NCBI GenBank assembly: GCA_963771175.1
Contig: CAVYSY010000039.1
Location: forward strand, 64,001-128,000
Direction: 5' to 3'
Origin: an uncultured delta proteobacterium
GTDB taxonomy: Bacteria > Myxococcota > Myxococcia > Myxococcales > Myxococcaceae
Length of the DNA stretch: 64,000 nucleotides
Shown: positions 48,505-60,121 of the stretch, piece after piece
Layout of the letters: every line of letters begins with the position of its first letter
Position numbering within the stretch: the first letter of the stretch is position 1
Program-made: the position numbers and the translations under genes
Notes under the pieces: model-generated
The model's input: the letters and a program-made list of their open reading frames with translations, nothing else
What the model was told of the DNA's origin: nothing
The model's database searches: none

Positions 48505-49713
48505 GCGGTGTCTCTCCGGACCGGCACGGGCGCCGGCTCCATGACATGGCGGAAGGCGCGGCTGGCGAGCAGCTCGTTGATGACGGCCCCCGTCACCACC
48601 ACGTCGAAGACGCGCTGGGACATGAGCCCCGGCACCAGCACGAGGTACTCGATCACCAGGCACAGCGCGAGCCCGCCCTGCGCGATGAGCGCGTAGCCGA
48701 GCCGCGGCGGCAGTGCCAGCGTGCTTCCGGCGATGCGCTGCGCCGACCGCTCCTCCCAGCACCTTGCCCAGGAAGCGCAGGCCCAGGAACACCGGCAGCA
48801 GCGCCCAGGCCATCACGTCCGTCGCGCCTGGACGTGGGCGCCCACCAGGAAGACCAGCAGCAGGTACGAGGGCCGCTCGAAGCGGCCGAGCGCCCGCGCC
48901 GCCTGCTCCACCGCTCGGCCGCCCACCAGCGCCAGGGTGGCCCCGCAGGCGACCCCCGCCAGCAGCGCCGACACGCGCAGGTACGCCGCCGCCCCGGACA
49001 CCAGCGCCACCCCACCCAGCAGCACCGCCATGAGCTCGCCGTGATCGGTCAGCCCATGCATGAGGAAGGCGAGCAGCGCCGCCGCACGCCACACCCAGCA
49101 GCAGCGCGAGCGCCACCAGACCGAGCCCCTCCAGGGGGTGACCCGTCGCGCCAAAGGCGAGCGCCAGCGCGAGCACGCCCAGTCCCACCACGTCATCCAG
49201 CATGGTGAGCAGCGCCACGGACAGCCCGCGAGCCCGATCCATGCGCCCGCTACGGTAGCCCAGCACCGCGAAGTGGCCGGAGGAGAGGCTGGCCGCCGCG
49301 CCCAGCAGCGCCGCCGCGCCCACCGCCGCCCCCGGAGGCAGCCCCATGGAGAAGAGCAGCGGGCCGACCAGTGGCAGGGCCACCCATAGGAAGGCCGTCC
49401 CCGCGTGCGCCAGAGCCGCCGCGTACACCGCCCGGGGCAGCAGCCGCACCACGCGCGGGTCCAGGTTGAGGCCGATGATGACGCCCGCCACCCCGAGCCC
49501 CAGGGCGACCACCGGGCGCAGGACCGTCAGGTCACTCCACGAGAGGATGGCCAGCACGCCTGGCCCCAGCACCGCGCCGAGCGCGAGGAAGAGCAGCCCG
49601 CTGGCGGACGAGCTGCGACCAGGGCCGGAGAGCGACCCGGGTCCAAGCACCGCCCGGCTGGAGGCGAGCAATGAGAGCGCCGCGACGGCGAGGAAGACGA
49701 GCAGCGCCTGCAC
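48501..49713 (-). CDS. Cation:proton antiporter (CPA family), subunit 1 (frameshifted)
   Basis: Multi-TM, TMLDDVVG motif; ATGA overlap with the downstream antiporter. Confidence 0.75.
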
Positions 49714-49744
49714 GGCTCGTGCTTACACCGCCCCGCGCACGCCG

Positions 49745-50083
49745 TCACTCCCGGCGAAGTGGGGGGGCGCCGATCACCGGCAGCGCGACGAGCCGACCCA
49801 TGGGTGGATCGTCCGCGTCCATCTCGAGCTGGACGCGGTGGACGAGCCGCTCCACCTCCTCCTGCGAGAGGGAGGGCAGCAGGCTGACGAGGATGAGCCG
49901 GTCTTCGTCCGCCCCGAGCGCGAGGCTGCGCAGGCCGGCGAAGACGGGCACCTCGGCCGACAGGGTGGCCGCGGCGCTACGGGCCCGGACGACCAGCGGC
50001 TCCGGGATGCCAAACTCCCGGAGCCGCCGGATGGCCCGGTCGGGTTGATCCGCGTGATCGAGGAACGCGAGGAAGAGGTACAC
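49745..50083 (-). CDS. P-II/GlnB-like fold small protein, 112 aa
   Basis: Pattern FLDH...RRLREFGI...VVRA...VPVFAGLR...ILVSLL...GRLVALPV resembles divergent P-II-like proteins; size fits. Confidence 0.55.
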   Translation of the reverse strand: MYLFLAFLDHADQPDRAIRRLREFGIPEPLVVRARSAAATLSAEVPVFAGLRSLALGADEDRLILVSLLPSLSQEEVERLVHRVQLEMDADDPPMGRLVALPVIGAPPLRRE

Positions 50084-50120
50084 GACCCGTGTCTATCCGG
50101 TCCGCGGCCCTTCCGTCACG

Positions 50121-50570
50121 TTACTCGGTGCGATCTGGGCCCGGCTCGGCGGGAGGCGCGGCGGCAGATGTCCCCGCCTCCTCTGGGGCGGCGCCGCCTT
50201 CCTGCTGCTTCTCCATGGCCGCACGGGCCGCACGCTTGCCCTCCTCGATGAGCTTCTTGACCTTCTGACCGCCCTTGCGGCCGATCTCCTCGTAGAAGTT
50301 CGGGCCCCGCGTCGCCTTCACCCGGTCCCCGCCCTTCTTGCCGATCTCCTCGTAGAACTTCGCGCCGCGCTCCGCCTTGACGGTCTCTCCCCCCTTGCGA
50401 CCGATCTCCTCGTAGAAGGACCGGCCCCGTTCAGCCTTCACGGTGGCACCGCCCTTGCGGCCGATCGTCTCGTAGAACTCGCGGCCCCGCTCGTTGCGGA
50501 CAGTCTCTCCGCCCTTACGGCCCGCCTCGGCCACCGTCATGCTGCCCTTGTTGTCCTTGTCCTGCTGCAT
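50121..50570 (-). CDS. KGG-repeat (Em/GsiB-like) general stress protein
   Basis: AGGAG RBS, MTVAEAGRKGG, and five KGG motifs at 20-aa (60-bp) spacing. Confidence 0.9.
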   Translation of the reverse strand: MQQDKDNKGSMTVAEAGRKGGETVRNERGREFYETIGRKGGATVKAERGRSFYEEIGRKGGETVKAERGAKFYEEIGKKGGDRVKATRGPNFYEEIGRKGGQKVKKLIEEGKRAARAAMEKQQEGGAAPEEAGTSAAAPPAEPGPDRTE

Positions 50571-50875
50571 GGTGTGTCTCCTCCTACTTGCTCCCCTTCC
50601 CCGCGAGGATGCCCCTTGCCTGAAAACTTGGGACGGAAGCGCCCCGATGCAAGCAAGCTCCGTACACCGCCAGCCGTTCATACCTGACAGAGCACATCCA
50701 AACCCTTGGAAATACGCGAGGTTACGGGCACATGCTGTCCCTGCGGGCTTGACTACGGCCTGCCCGCCCGGATGCTTCAGTGTCAACAACACGCCGCGGC
50801 ACATTGCCGATTCCCAGGCGCTGTCCCACCTTTCACGCCAATTCAAGGCGGGAACCCTGTTTCGGGAGGCGTGGC

Positions 50876-51670
50876 GTGAACGGTCACGGCGGTAGTGGCG
50901 GTGTGAAGCTCTGGCTCCGGCTCCTGGCCCCCGTCCTGCTCTCCATCGCGGGACTCACGACGCTGCGGTTGCTGGGACCGGACTTCGTCAATCAGCGGGA
51001 TTTGCACGCCTTCCTCGCCCCCCTGGGCAAGTGGGCGCCGCTGACCTTCATCTTCTGCCTGACGGTGCGGCCGGTGACGCTGTTGCCCGGCCAACTCTTC
51101 ACCGCGGTGGGCGGCATGATCTTCGGCACCCTCGCGGCGACGATCTATTCATTGGTGGGCAGTCTGCTGGCCTCGGCGCTCATCTACGGACTGTCGCGCT
51201 GGCTGGGGACGCGATTGATGAAGCGCTGGTCGGGGAGCCGCTACTCGGCCATCACCCGCGCGGCGCGCCGGCACGGCTTCAAGTTCGCGCTGCTCGCCTG
51301 CATCAACCCACTGCTGCCCACGGACGTGATGATCGCGGCGGCGACGGCCGCGGGGGCGCGCTTCTGGCCGCTGGCATTGGGGGTGCTGCTGGGCACCATT
51401 CCGGGCACCTTCCTCACCGCGCAGTTCGGCAGTGGACTGGCGCAGGGCCGGACCATCATGACGGTGGTGTCCGGCGTGGGGATGGTGGTGTCGCTGGTGC
51501 TGGGCGCCGTGCTCGGCCGCCGCATCTTCCAGGAGATCTCCGAGGAGGCCCCGTCCGAGGAGGAGTCCCAGACCAAGGCCCCACCGCGCGGCCCGCCGCT
51601 GGCGGCGAAGGGGCAGCTCGGCCGGCCGGAGCTCTCGACCTTCCAGGAGCTCCCGCCGCCTGGCCCGTGA
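50876..51670 (+). CDS. TVP38/TMEM64 (DedA/VTT domain) membrane protein
   Basis: GGGAGG RBS plus GTG; LLPGQLFTAVGGMIFG, INPLLPTD and GTIPG. Confidence 0.88.
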   Translation: MNGHGGSGGVKLWLRLLAPVLLSIAGLTTLRLLGPDFVNQRDLHAFLAPLGKWAPLTFIFCLTVRPVTLLPGQLFTAVGGMIFGTLAATIYSLVGSLLASALIYGLSRWLGTRLMKRWSGSRYSAITRAARRHGFKFALLACINPLLPTDVMIAAATAAGARFWPLALGVLLGTIPGTFLTAQFGSGLAQGRTIMTVVSGVGMVVSLVLGAVLGRRIFQEISEEAPSEEESQTKAPPRGPPLAAKGQLGRPELSTFQELPPPGP

Positions 51671-51673
51671 GGC

Positions 51674-54364
51674 TCAGGCCCGGGGCTCCTCGCGCTCCAG
51701 CGCCTCCAGGGCCGCGGTGATGGCGCCCACGAGCGCCTCCTGGTCGGCCGCCCCCTCCACCTTGGCACCCTCGCGGGTGATGTAGAACGAGTCCATCGCG
51801 CGATGGGCCTCGGTGGCCACCTTGGCGACGGCGATCCGCGCACCCGCCCCGGTGATGGCCGAGGCGATGGCGTGCAGCAGACCCACCCGATCCTGCGCCA
51901 CCACATCCACCACGGTGAAATCGCGGGAGGCGCGGTTGTCCACCGTCACCCTGGGGGCCACGGGCGGCAGGGGCCGCTGCAGGAGCGAGCCCGTGCGGCG
52001 CCGGCGCAGCACCTCCTCGAAGGAGGCCTCGCCGAGGAGGACGCGGAGGAGATCCGTCCGGGCCGCGCGCCAGCGGGAGCGCTCGAGCAGGAGCCCATGC
52101 GGAGGCCGCACGTCGAAGACGTCCAGCGCGAGCCCGTCCGAGGTGGAGACGATGCGCGCCGAGAGGATGTCGATGCGGTGGGCGGACAACACCCCGGCGA
52201 GCAGCGCGAGGAGGCCGGGCCTGTCGTGGGCCACGAGGGCCAGCTCGCTGTACCCGGCGTCCGGGTGGTGGCGCAGGGCCGCGACCAGGGGCCGCTTCCG
52301 GGCGCACGCGAGCAGCCGTCCGTGGAGCGTGGCGCGAGAGGGATCCGTGCCGAGGAAGTACCGATCGGGGAGCACCTCGCCCAGCTCGCGAGCCCGCGCT
52401 TCGCCGAGGACCCGGGCCCACCGCGCGTGGAAGCGCTCGCGCAGACGCTCGGACGGGAGCGCGCCCGAGGCCGCCGCCGTGCCGACCAGGTGGGTCCGAG
52501 CCTTGTCGTACAGCTCGCGCAGGAGCTGAGCCTTCCAGCCCGTCCACATCTTCGGCCCCACCGAGCTGATGTCCGCCCAGGTGAGGAGGTAGAGGCAGGT
52601 GAGCTTCTCCACGTCGCCCACGCTCCGAGCGAAGTCGGCGATGAGGGCCGGGTCGCTCAGGTCGCGGCGCTGGGCGGTGTGGCTCATGGTCAGGTGGTCC
52701 TTCACGAGGAACTCGGCCACCTCGCGCTGACGGGGCGAGAGACCCAGGCGCTCGCCGAGGGCCACCATCAACAGCCGCCCCTTCTCCGAGTGGTTGCCCC
52801 CCATTCCCTTCCCCGCGTCGTGCAGGAGCATGCCGAGGTAGAGCGGGAGCGGATCCTTCAGGTCGCGCATCTCACGGGAGAGCTCGGGCTCCTGCTCCAT
52901 CAACTCGCCGACGCGCAGGGAGTAGAGCCGGCGCACGGCGAAGAGGGTGTGAACGTCGACGGTGTACACATGGTACAGGTCGTGCTGGTGGTGGGCGGTG
53001 ACGCGGCCGAACTCGGGCACCACGGCGCCGAGCACCCCTGCGTCGTGCAGCTCGAAGAGGAGCTCGCCGCGAGTGCCGGGCCGGGCGAAGAGGGCCTTGA
53101 AGGCAGCGGTGACGGCGGGCGTGGCCCGAGCGGCCTCCAGCGCGGGCAGGGCCTGGATCGCCTGCTCGCGGGCCCACGAGTAGAGGGGCAGACCGTGCTC
53201 CTCGGCGGTGCGGAAGAAGTCGAGGAGGGTGGCGGGCTCGCGGGTGAAGAGGCCCGGGTCGGCCACGGTGAGCTTGCCACGGAACACCTTGAAGGCGCCG
53301 AGCCGGCGCTGGGGGAAGAGGAAGAACTTCCGAGAGGTGCTGAGTTCCTCGCAGCGGGCGATGAGCGCGTCGGCGGCCAGGCGGATGGCATTGGCGGCCA
53401 GGTAGTAGTCGCGCATGAAGGCCTCGACGGGCAGCACGGGGCCCTGCTGGTAGCCGAGGATGCGCGCCACCTCCTCCTGGAGGTCGAAGGTGAGCCGATC
53501 CTCCTTGCGGCCGCGCAGGAAGTGGAGCTGGTGGCGGATGCGCAGGAGGAAGTCGCGAGCGGCCTTGAGACGCGCCACCTGCGAGCCCGGGAGGATGGAC
53601 TGCTGCAGGAGTCCGGTGAGGCCGCGAGTGCGAAAGCGCACCCGGGCGATCCACAGGGCCGTCTCCAGATCTCTCAGACCTCCGTCGCCTTGCTTGAGGT
53701 TGGGCTCGAGGAGGAAGACGGTGTCACCGAAGCGCTCGCGACGGGAGCGCAGCTCGCGGACCTTGTCCTGGATGTAGGAGTCGGCGCGGTGGGTGAGCAG
53801 CTCGGGGAGGACGTCCTCGGCGAGCAGGTTGAAGACAGCGGAATCGCCCGTGAGGAAGCGCGAGTCGAGCAGCGCGGTGCGGATGGTGTGATCGGCATCG
53901 GCGGCGCGGGCGCACTCGGCGGGGCTACGGGCGCTCCAGCCGACGGCGCGCTTCAGGTCCCACAGGAGCGTGGGGAACGCGCGGGCCAGGGGGGCGACGG
54001 CCTGCTCGGAGACGCCGGGGCCGCGCAGGAGGAGCAGATCCAGATCCGACTGGGGAGACAGCTCGCGGCGCCCGTAGGAGCCGAGCGCGACGAGAGCGAG
54101 GCCAGAGGGCGCTTTGAGTTCGGCGGCCAGCTCGGAGAAGAGACCCTGGACGAGCCTGTCAGTGACCGCGGAGAGGAGTCGACAGGTGGACAGGCCGGCG
54201 GCGCCGCCCCGGTGGAAGGCCTCGACACGAGCGTGGGCGTCACGGAGGTAGTCACGGGCCCGGGCCAGACGGTCCTCTGACCCACCGTGGGGGAACTCGG
54301 GCAGCGAGCCGAGCACCTCACGATGGGTGGGCACTGGCGGCTGCGGGATGGGCGGGACGCTCAT
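51674..54364 (-). CDS. glnD: [Protein-PII] uridylyltransferase/uridylyl-removing enzyme
   Basis: ALGSYGRRELSPQSDLDL, EPNLKQGDGGLRD, YHVYTVDVH, LLHDAGKG and two ACT domains (DRPGLL, DRVGLL). Confidence 0.97.
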   Translation of the reverse strand: MSVPPIPQPPVPTHREVLGSLPEFPHGGSEDRLARARDYLRDAHARVEAFHRGGAAGLSTCRLLSAVTDRLVQGLFSELAAELKAPSGLALVALGSYGRRELSPQSDLDLLLLRGPGVSEQAVAPLARAFPTLLWDLKRAVGWSARSPAECARAADADHTIRTALLDSRFLTGDSAVFNLLAEDVLPELLTHRADSYIQDKVRELRSRRERFGDTVFLLEPNLKQGDGGLRDLETALWIARVRFRTRGLTGLLQQSILPGSQVARLKAARDFLLRIRHQLHFLRGRKEDRLTFDLQEEVARILGYQQGPVLPVEAFMRDYYLAANAIRLAADALIARCEELSTSRKFFLFPQRRLGAFKVFRGKLTVADPGLFTREPATLLDFFRTAEEHGLPLYSWAREQAIQALPALEAARATPAVTAAFKALFARPGTRGELLFELHDAGVLGAVVPEFGRVTAHHQHDLYHVYTVDVHTLFAVRRLYSLRVGELMEQEPELSREMRDLKDPLPLYLGMLLHDAGKGMGGNHSEKGRLLMVALGERLGLSPRQREVAEFLVKDHLTMSHTAQRRDLSDPALIADFARSVGDVEKLTCLYLLTWADISSVGPKMWTGWKAQLLRELYDKARTHLVGTAAASGALPSERLRERFHARWARVLGEARARELGEVLPDRYFLGTDPSRATLHGRLLACARKRPLVAALRHHPDAGYSELALVAHDRPGLLALLAGVLSAHRIDILSARIVSTSDGLALDVFDVRPPHGLLLERSRWRAARTDLLRVLLGEASFEEVLRRRRTGSLLQRPLPPVAPRVTVDNRASRDFTVVDVVAQDRVGLLHAIASAITGAGARIAVAKVATEAHRAMDSFYITREGAKVEGAADQEALVGAITAALEALEREEPRA

Positions 54365-54485
54365 GAAAGGGATCTAACGAATCTGCACCTGAATGCTGCG
54401 AGTAACGGAATGCCCGCGCGCTCAATCGTGCGAAGGTCGGCACCCGGTGCGCCCCTGGGCCGGCAGGAGCGCCCGAGGAGCCAAG

Positions 54486-55001
54486 ATGATGATGCGCTGG
54501 GTCGGTTTGCTGGTCGCCGTGCTGATGGTGGTGGGCTGCACGTCCGAGGAGGAGAGTCCGAACACACCTCCGGGCGAGACAACGACCCGGGGCGAGTCGG
54601 GAATACCGGACGCGGGTGAGGACGCGGGCACGACGGGGCAGGAGCGCTACACCTACCCGGGCTGTGAGAACCGCACCACCTACTGTCCGAGGGATTTCAC
54701 CTTCACCTGCGCCATGGAGGCGATCGAGCAACAGTACGCGCAGGGGTGCACCCGGGACGCGGACTGCGTATTCGTGACGCTGCCCAACAACTGCGCGGGT
54801 TACGGGAGCTGCGATCCCCGGCCCGTGGTGCTGACCTCGCTCCGTGCCGAGTACGAGACAAAGGCCGCCGCGGAGGTGCAGCGCTACTGCGCGGATGCAC
54901 AGTGCGTGGTCAGCGGCGCCTGCGCTCCCGTCATCCAGCACCCCGCGTGCGATCAAGGACGGTGCGTGGCGCACCCTGGGGAAGCCGACGCGGGACCGTG
55001 A
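54486..55001 (+). CDS. Cys-rich lipoprotein
   Basis: Lipobox VVG-C, DAG linker, CTRDADCV and further paired Cys. Confidence 0.8.
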   Translation: MMMRWVGLLVAVLMVVGCTSEEESPNTPPGETTTRGESGIPDAGEDAGTTGQERYTYPGCENRTTYCPRDFTFTCAMEAIEQQYAQGCTRDADCVFVTLPNNCAGYGSCDPRPVVLTSLRAEYETKAAAEVQRYCADAQCVVSGACAPVIQHPACDQGRCVAHPGEADAGP

Positions 55002-55087
55002 GGGCTCGGGGCCGGGGACCGTGATAAGGGAGGGCGCCCCCTGGGAGGTGCGCCCTGTCCGAGCCCCGCAACCGCTTCCTCGAGAAG

Positions 55088-58000
55088 ATGCTCGATCGCC
55101 TGTACGCCTCGCTCGCGTCGGGCCCGAGCATCAACTGCCGTCCCCACAACAGCCGCCAGCGCGTGGACCTCACGGTGCTGAGCCGCCTGGATGGCACCTC
55201 GCCCCAGGCCGTGCTGGCCGGTCTCCTCGGGGAGAAGGGCGCGGTGAAGATCTCCGTGCGCACCTCGGGCGCGGCGAAGGAGGCCGACGCCCCGGGCAAG
55301 CGCGAGGAGGACGAGCGGCAGGCCCTGTTGCGCAAGCTGGGCACCATCGCCGAGGACGCCCGCACCTTCGAGCAGGACACCGGCGCCCAGGTGCTGCACG
55401 TGGGCTTCCCCCTGCTCAACCTGCCCCCGGACTCGAAGGACAAGCGGGGCTTCGCCGGCACCAGGCGTATCCTGGCTCCCATCGCCTTCATCCCCGTGCG
55501 TCTCACTCTCAAGAAGGGTCGCACCCCGGGCGTGGAGCTGGAGGCCGCCACCGACGGCGTGGATCGCGTCATGCCCAACACCGCCCTCCTCGCCTGGGTG
55601 GAGCGGCAGACCGGCAAGCGCTTCGGTGAGCTGTTCGCCGACGAGCAGGGCCAGGATCCCTGGCGCGAGGTGAACGAGCTGGCCGCCGCCGTGGCCAAGG
55701 CCATGGAAATGCCTGCCCTCGCGCCCTTCACCCCGGAGACGCCCCTCTCCCCACCCCTCGCTCCGAGGACGAGACCGCGGCCGGTGCCGCCGTCCTCCCG
55801 TGCGCCGTGCTCGGCCTCTACCCGCTGTCCAACCAGAGCCTCGTGGACGACATGCGGGCGCTCGTGGACGGCGAGCCCATCCAGGGCCCCATCGAGAGCT
55901 TCCTGCGCGTGGGCGTCTCTCTCGGGGACGGGAGCACGCCCAAGACGGAAGCGGTGACCCAGGGCACCTGGCGCTCGGGCGAGGACCGGCTCGTCTCCCT
56001 CGCCGATCCGTGCCAGTCGCGCGCGGTGCGGCTCGCGCGCAGCAGCCGGGGCCTCGTGGTCCATGGGCCTCCGGGCACCGGCAAGTCGCAGACCATCGCC
56101 AACGCCATTGGAGACCACCTGGCTCGCGGCGAGCGCGTCCTGCTCGTCTGCGACAAGCGCACCGCGCTGGACGTGGTGAAGCACCGGCTGGAGCACCTGG
56201 GCCTGGGCTCGCTCTGCGCGGTGGTGCATGACGCGCAGCGCGACCAGCGCGAGCTCTACCTGGGCATCCGCGAGCAGCTCGACAACCTCACCGAGACCCG
56301 GGGCAACCCCGCCGCCCAGGCCGAGCTCTCCCGCGTGGATGCCGAGATGCAGACGCTCCACGACGAGCTCTCCTCCGCCGAGCGCGCCCTCTCCGAGCGC
56401 CCCGCCGGAGGCACCGAGCCCTCCTTCCACGAGCTGGTGGGACAGTGGCTCGGCCAGGAGGCTCCGGAGTCGCTGGCGCGCGCGACGGAGGACCTCGGCT
56501 CCACCCGTCTGGCCGACGCCCGGCCCCACGAGCGCGAGGTGCGCGAGGTGCTGGATCGCGGCGTGAAGGAGGGCTACCCGGACAACCCCTGGCGCACCGC
56601 GCTGGGCATGGAGCTGAAGGACTACCTGTCCACGCCGCTCGCCACGTACCGCGAGCGGATGGCCTCCGCCGTGGAGCCGCGCGCGAGGCGGATGCACAGG
56701 CCTCGCCTGACGTGCCCGCCTTCTCCCCCTCGGGAGACGTGGCCGCCGAGGGCCGGGCCCGCGCCGAGCTCGCCGACAAGCTGGAGCGGGTGTTGCAGGA
56801 GGCTCGTCCCGAGTGGCTGACACGTTGGGCCTCGTCCATGTCCGAGGCGGTACAGGCGACGAAGAGCCAGCTCGAGGGCCTGTCCCCCCAGGTGCAGGTG
56901 TTGAACGCGGGCCCGCTGGACGCGGAGCTGGCGCTGGTGCACCGCTCGGAGCCGCAGGGGCTGGGCGTCCTGGGACAGTGGATGGCGTTCCTCGCGGCCT
57001 GGCTGCAGGTGGCGCACAAGTGGTACCGCTTCCTCTTCTTCTTCACCCGGAGGGCGAAGGCCGTGGAGGTGCTGCGGCGCTTCGGGCTCGCCCTGGGCGT
57101 GGAGGCCGTCGAGCGGGTCTCGCGCTTCCTCACCGGAGTGCGCGCACGAGCCCTGCTCACCGAGTTCCACCACGGCGTCCTCTCCCCCGGCCCCAACGAG
57201 CCCCTCACGGACGAGGTGCTCGCGCGCAGCCTGCGGACCCATGCCGCGCTGTTCGACGTGCTGTTGCAATTGGAGCGTCCAGCGCTCGCCTCCTGTCGAC
57301 AGGTCGTGCGCGAGGCCCTGCGCGGCGATGAGGCGGCACGGACGCGGTTGCTCGCGGGCCTGCGCCAGTCGGCCGTACGAGGCGAGGCCGTGGCCCGCCT
57401 GGAGACCCGGCTGGCCGAAGTGGGCCTCTTCACCCCCGCGTGGCGTACGGCCCAGGGCCGGGAGCTGCGCGCGGGCACGCTGGTGCAACCCCTCCTCGCG
57501 TCGCTCGCCTCGCGGCTGTCCAGCGTGGAGGGGCTGTTGAGGATCCGAGCACTCGTGTCCGGACTGCCCCCGGCGCTCGGCGCGACGGCCGACAAGCTGG
57601 CCCTGGCGGGCGCGGAGGCCGAGAACGGCTGGCGCGCGGTGCGCAAGGCGGTGCTGGCCGCGGAGGTGTCCGCTCGGCTGCGGGAGAACCCGGTGCTCCA
57701 GCACATCGACGCGGACCGCATCCACGCGAGCCAGACGCGCTACCGCGCCCTGGAGGCCCGGAAGCGCGAGCTGGTGCGCGACGTCATCCTCCACCGCTGG
57801 ACGGAGCGCCAGCGAGAGCGGCTGCTGGCCGCCACGGGGGGACGGCTCAACGGACTGAGCACGGAGCTGCGCCGCCGCCTGCTGCTGCGCGGCGAGCGGG
57901 CGATGCGAGTGCGTCAGGTCATCGCCACGGGGGCGGGCATCGAGGGCGGCGATCCGCTCTTCGACGTGCGGCCGGTGTGGATGGCGAGCCCTCAGACGGT

Positions 58001-59417
58001 GGCGCAGATCTTCCCCCGCCGAGAGCTCTTCGACGTGGTCATCTTCGACGAGTCCTCGCAGTGCCGTCTGGAGGAGGCGCTGCCGGTGCTGACGCGGGCG
58101 AAGCGGGTGGTCATCGCGGGAGACCCCAAGCAGCTCCCGCCCACGCGCTTCTTCGAGTCCGCGGTGGTGCAGAGCCAGGAGGAGGCGGAGGCCGAGGACG
58201 AGCAGGGCCTCTTCGAGGAGCAGCAGTCCGAGGTGGAGGATCTGCTCGGCGCGGCGCTGAACCTGGAGATCGACCAGTGCTACCTGGACGTGCACTACCG
58301 CTCGCGGAACGCGGACCTGATCGGGTTCAGCAACGAGCACTTCTATGACTCGCGGCTGCAGGCCATTCCGGGGCACCCGTCCAACCGGGTGGAGCACGCG
58401 CCGCTGCGGCTCGTCCACGCGGGAGGCCTCTACGAGAAGCGGGTGAACGTGGTGGAGGCGCGGGCTGTGGGAGCGATGGTGAAGGAATTGCTCTCACGGC
58501 CGGAGCCGCCGTCCATCGGCGTGGCGTGCTTCAACCTGACGCAGCGGGACGCCATCATCGAGGTGCTGGAGGAGTTGGCGTCGGCGGACGCGGACTTCGC
58601 GGCGAAGCTGGCGGCGGCGCGGGTCCGGCGCGGCGAGGGCTCGTTCGAGGGCCTCTTCGTGAAGAACCTGGAGAACGTCCAGGGCGACGAGCGGGATCAC
58701 ATCATCATCAGCACCACGTACGGGCCGGACTCGAAGGGCCGCTTCTACCGGCGCTTCGGACCGCTGGGGAGCGCGGGCGGCGGGCGGCGGCTGAACGTGC
58801 TGGTGACGCGGGCCCGGCAGATGGTGCACCTGGTGACGTCCATCCCGCGCGAGCAGTACTCGGCACTGCCCCCCGTGGAGGGCGGCCGGAAGCCGAACGG
58901 CGGCTGGCTGCTCTTCGCCTACCTCCAGTACGCCGAGCGGCTCGCGGAGGAGTACGCGCGCGAGTCCGGGCAGCCAATGGAGACCCTGGAGCGGCCGGAG
59001 CCGGTGGTGCGCGAGCGGGAGACGGAGGCGGGCTCGGCCTTCGCGCGGTCACTGGCGATGGACCTGGCGCGGGAGCACGGCGTCTCCTCGGACGTGCACT
59101 GGGGCAACGACGGCTTCTGCGTGGACGTGGCCCTGCACCATCCTCGCCGCGCTGGAGACGTGACGGTGGGCGTGCTGTGCGACGGCACGCGCTACCCGAA
59201 GGCGACGGACCCGGTGGAGTGGGACCTGTTCCGCACGGCCGTCCTGGAGTCCCAGGGATGGAAGCTGGTGCGGCTGTGGTCGCCGCACTTCTTCCGCGAC
59301 CCCCAGGGCGCCCAGGAGAAGGTGCTCCAGGCGGCCAGCGAGCAGATCACGCGCCAGCCGCCGGTGCCGGCCTCCCCGGCGACTCAGGGTGAGCCAGCCC
59401 GCCGCGTCCTCAACTGA
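55088..59417 (+). CDS. DUF4011 + SF1 (DNA2/NAM7-like) helicase + C-terminal Vsr/restriction-like nuclease domain, about 1440 aa (two frameshifts)
   Basis: ARTFEQDTGAQVLHVGF (DUF4011-like); GPPGTGKS, FDESSQ, GDPKQLPP, HYRS, VQGDERD and LNVLVTRAR; VDVA...VLCDG...LESQGWKLVRLWS. Confidence 0.85.
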
Positions 59418-59418
59418 C

Positions 59419-60072
59419 TCAGCCCTTCTTGACGACGTGGATGTTGAAGTCCGGGGTGCCCAGCGCGCCCCACAGGCGGATCCACAGCATCAGGTAGCTC
59501 TCGGTGCCGCGGGCCGTGGTGATGTCACCCATATCGATGACCTGCTTCCAGCCGAACCCATCGGTGAGGAGCTGCTTCACCTGCTTCTTCGCCTCGGCGT
59601 CGTTGCCGGAGACGAACACGGTGTGCTCACCGGGGATACGCGCCGGGTCCACCATCACGTTGGCGTTGACGGTGTTGAGCGTCTTGACCACCTTCAGCTC
59701 GGGGAAGGCACGCTGGATGCGCTCGCCGAGCGAGTCGTCGTTGGAGACGAACAGCGTGGGCGGCATGCCCTTGGTGAAATCGAGCGGGTTGGAGAGATCC
59801 AGGAGGATCTTCCCCTTCAGGTTCTCCTTCCCGGCGGCTTCGAGCGCGGGGATGGAGCCCGTGCCCAGCGTGCAGTTGAAGAGGAGCTCCCCGAAGGCCG
59901 CCGCGTCGGCGAACGTGCCCTGCGAGGCCCTGGCGCCCGCCTTCTTCACCCAGGCGGCGGCCTTCTCGTTGGTCGCCGAGCGCGAGCCCATCTTCACCTC
60001 GTGCCCCAGCGCGACCAGCTTGCTGGCAATCGTCTCGCCGACCACTCCGGTACCCAGAACCGCGATCTTCAT
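59419..60072 (-). CDS. F420-dependent NADP oxidoreductase family (F420_oxidored) protein
   Basis: [23 protein letters not shown] and VSGND. Confidence 0.9.
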   Translation of the reverse strand: MKIAVLGTGVVGETIASKLVALGHEVKMGSRSATNEKAAAWVKKAGARASQGTFADAAAFGELLFNCTLGTGSIPALEAAGKENLKGKILLDLSNPLDFTKGMPPTLFVSNDDSLGERIQRAFPELKVVKTLNTVNANVMVDPARIPGEHTVFVSGNDAEAKKQVKQLLTDGFGWKQVIDMGDITTARGTESYLMLWIRLWGALGTPDFNIHVVKKG

Positions 60073-60121
60073 GGCTGTCCCTCCGTGGGGCGCCCCCTGT
60101 ATGGCGCCAGAAGCCTGAACG

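Noticed and set aside
47206..49713. Single 835-aa fused antiporter in the ORF track
   Set aside because: The middle reads as off-frame sequence; an ATGA overlap at 48501-48504 indicates two genes.
49745..50083. P-II-like protein as the GlnD substrate
   Set aside because: No T-loop tyrosine or canonical GlnB signature.
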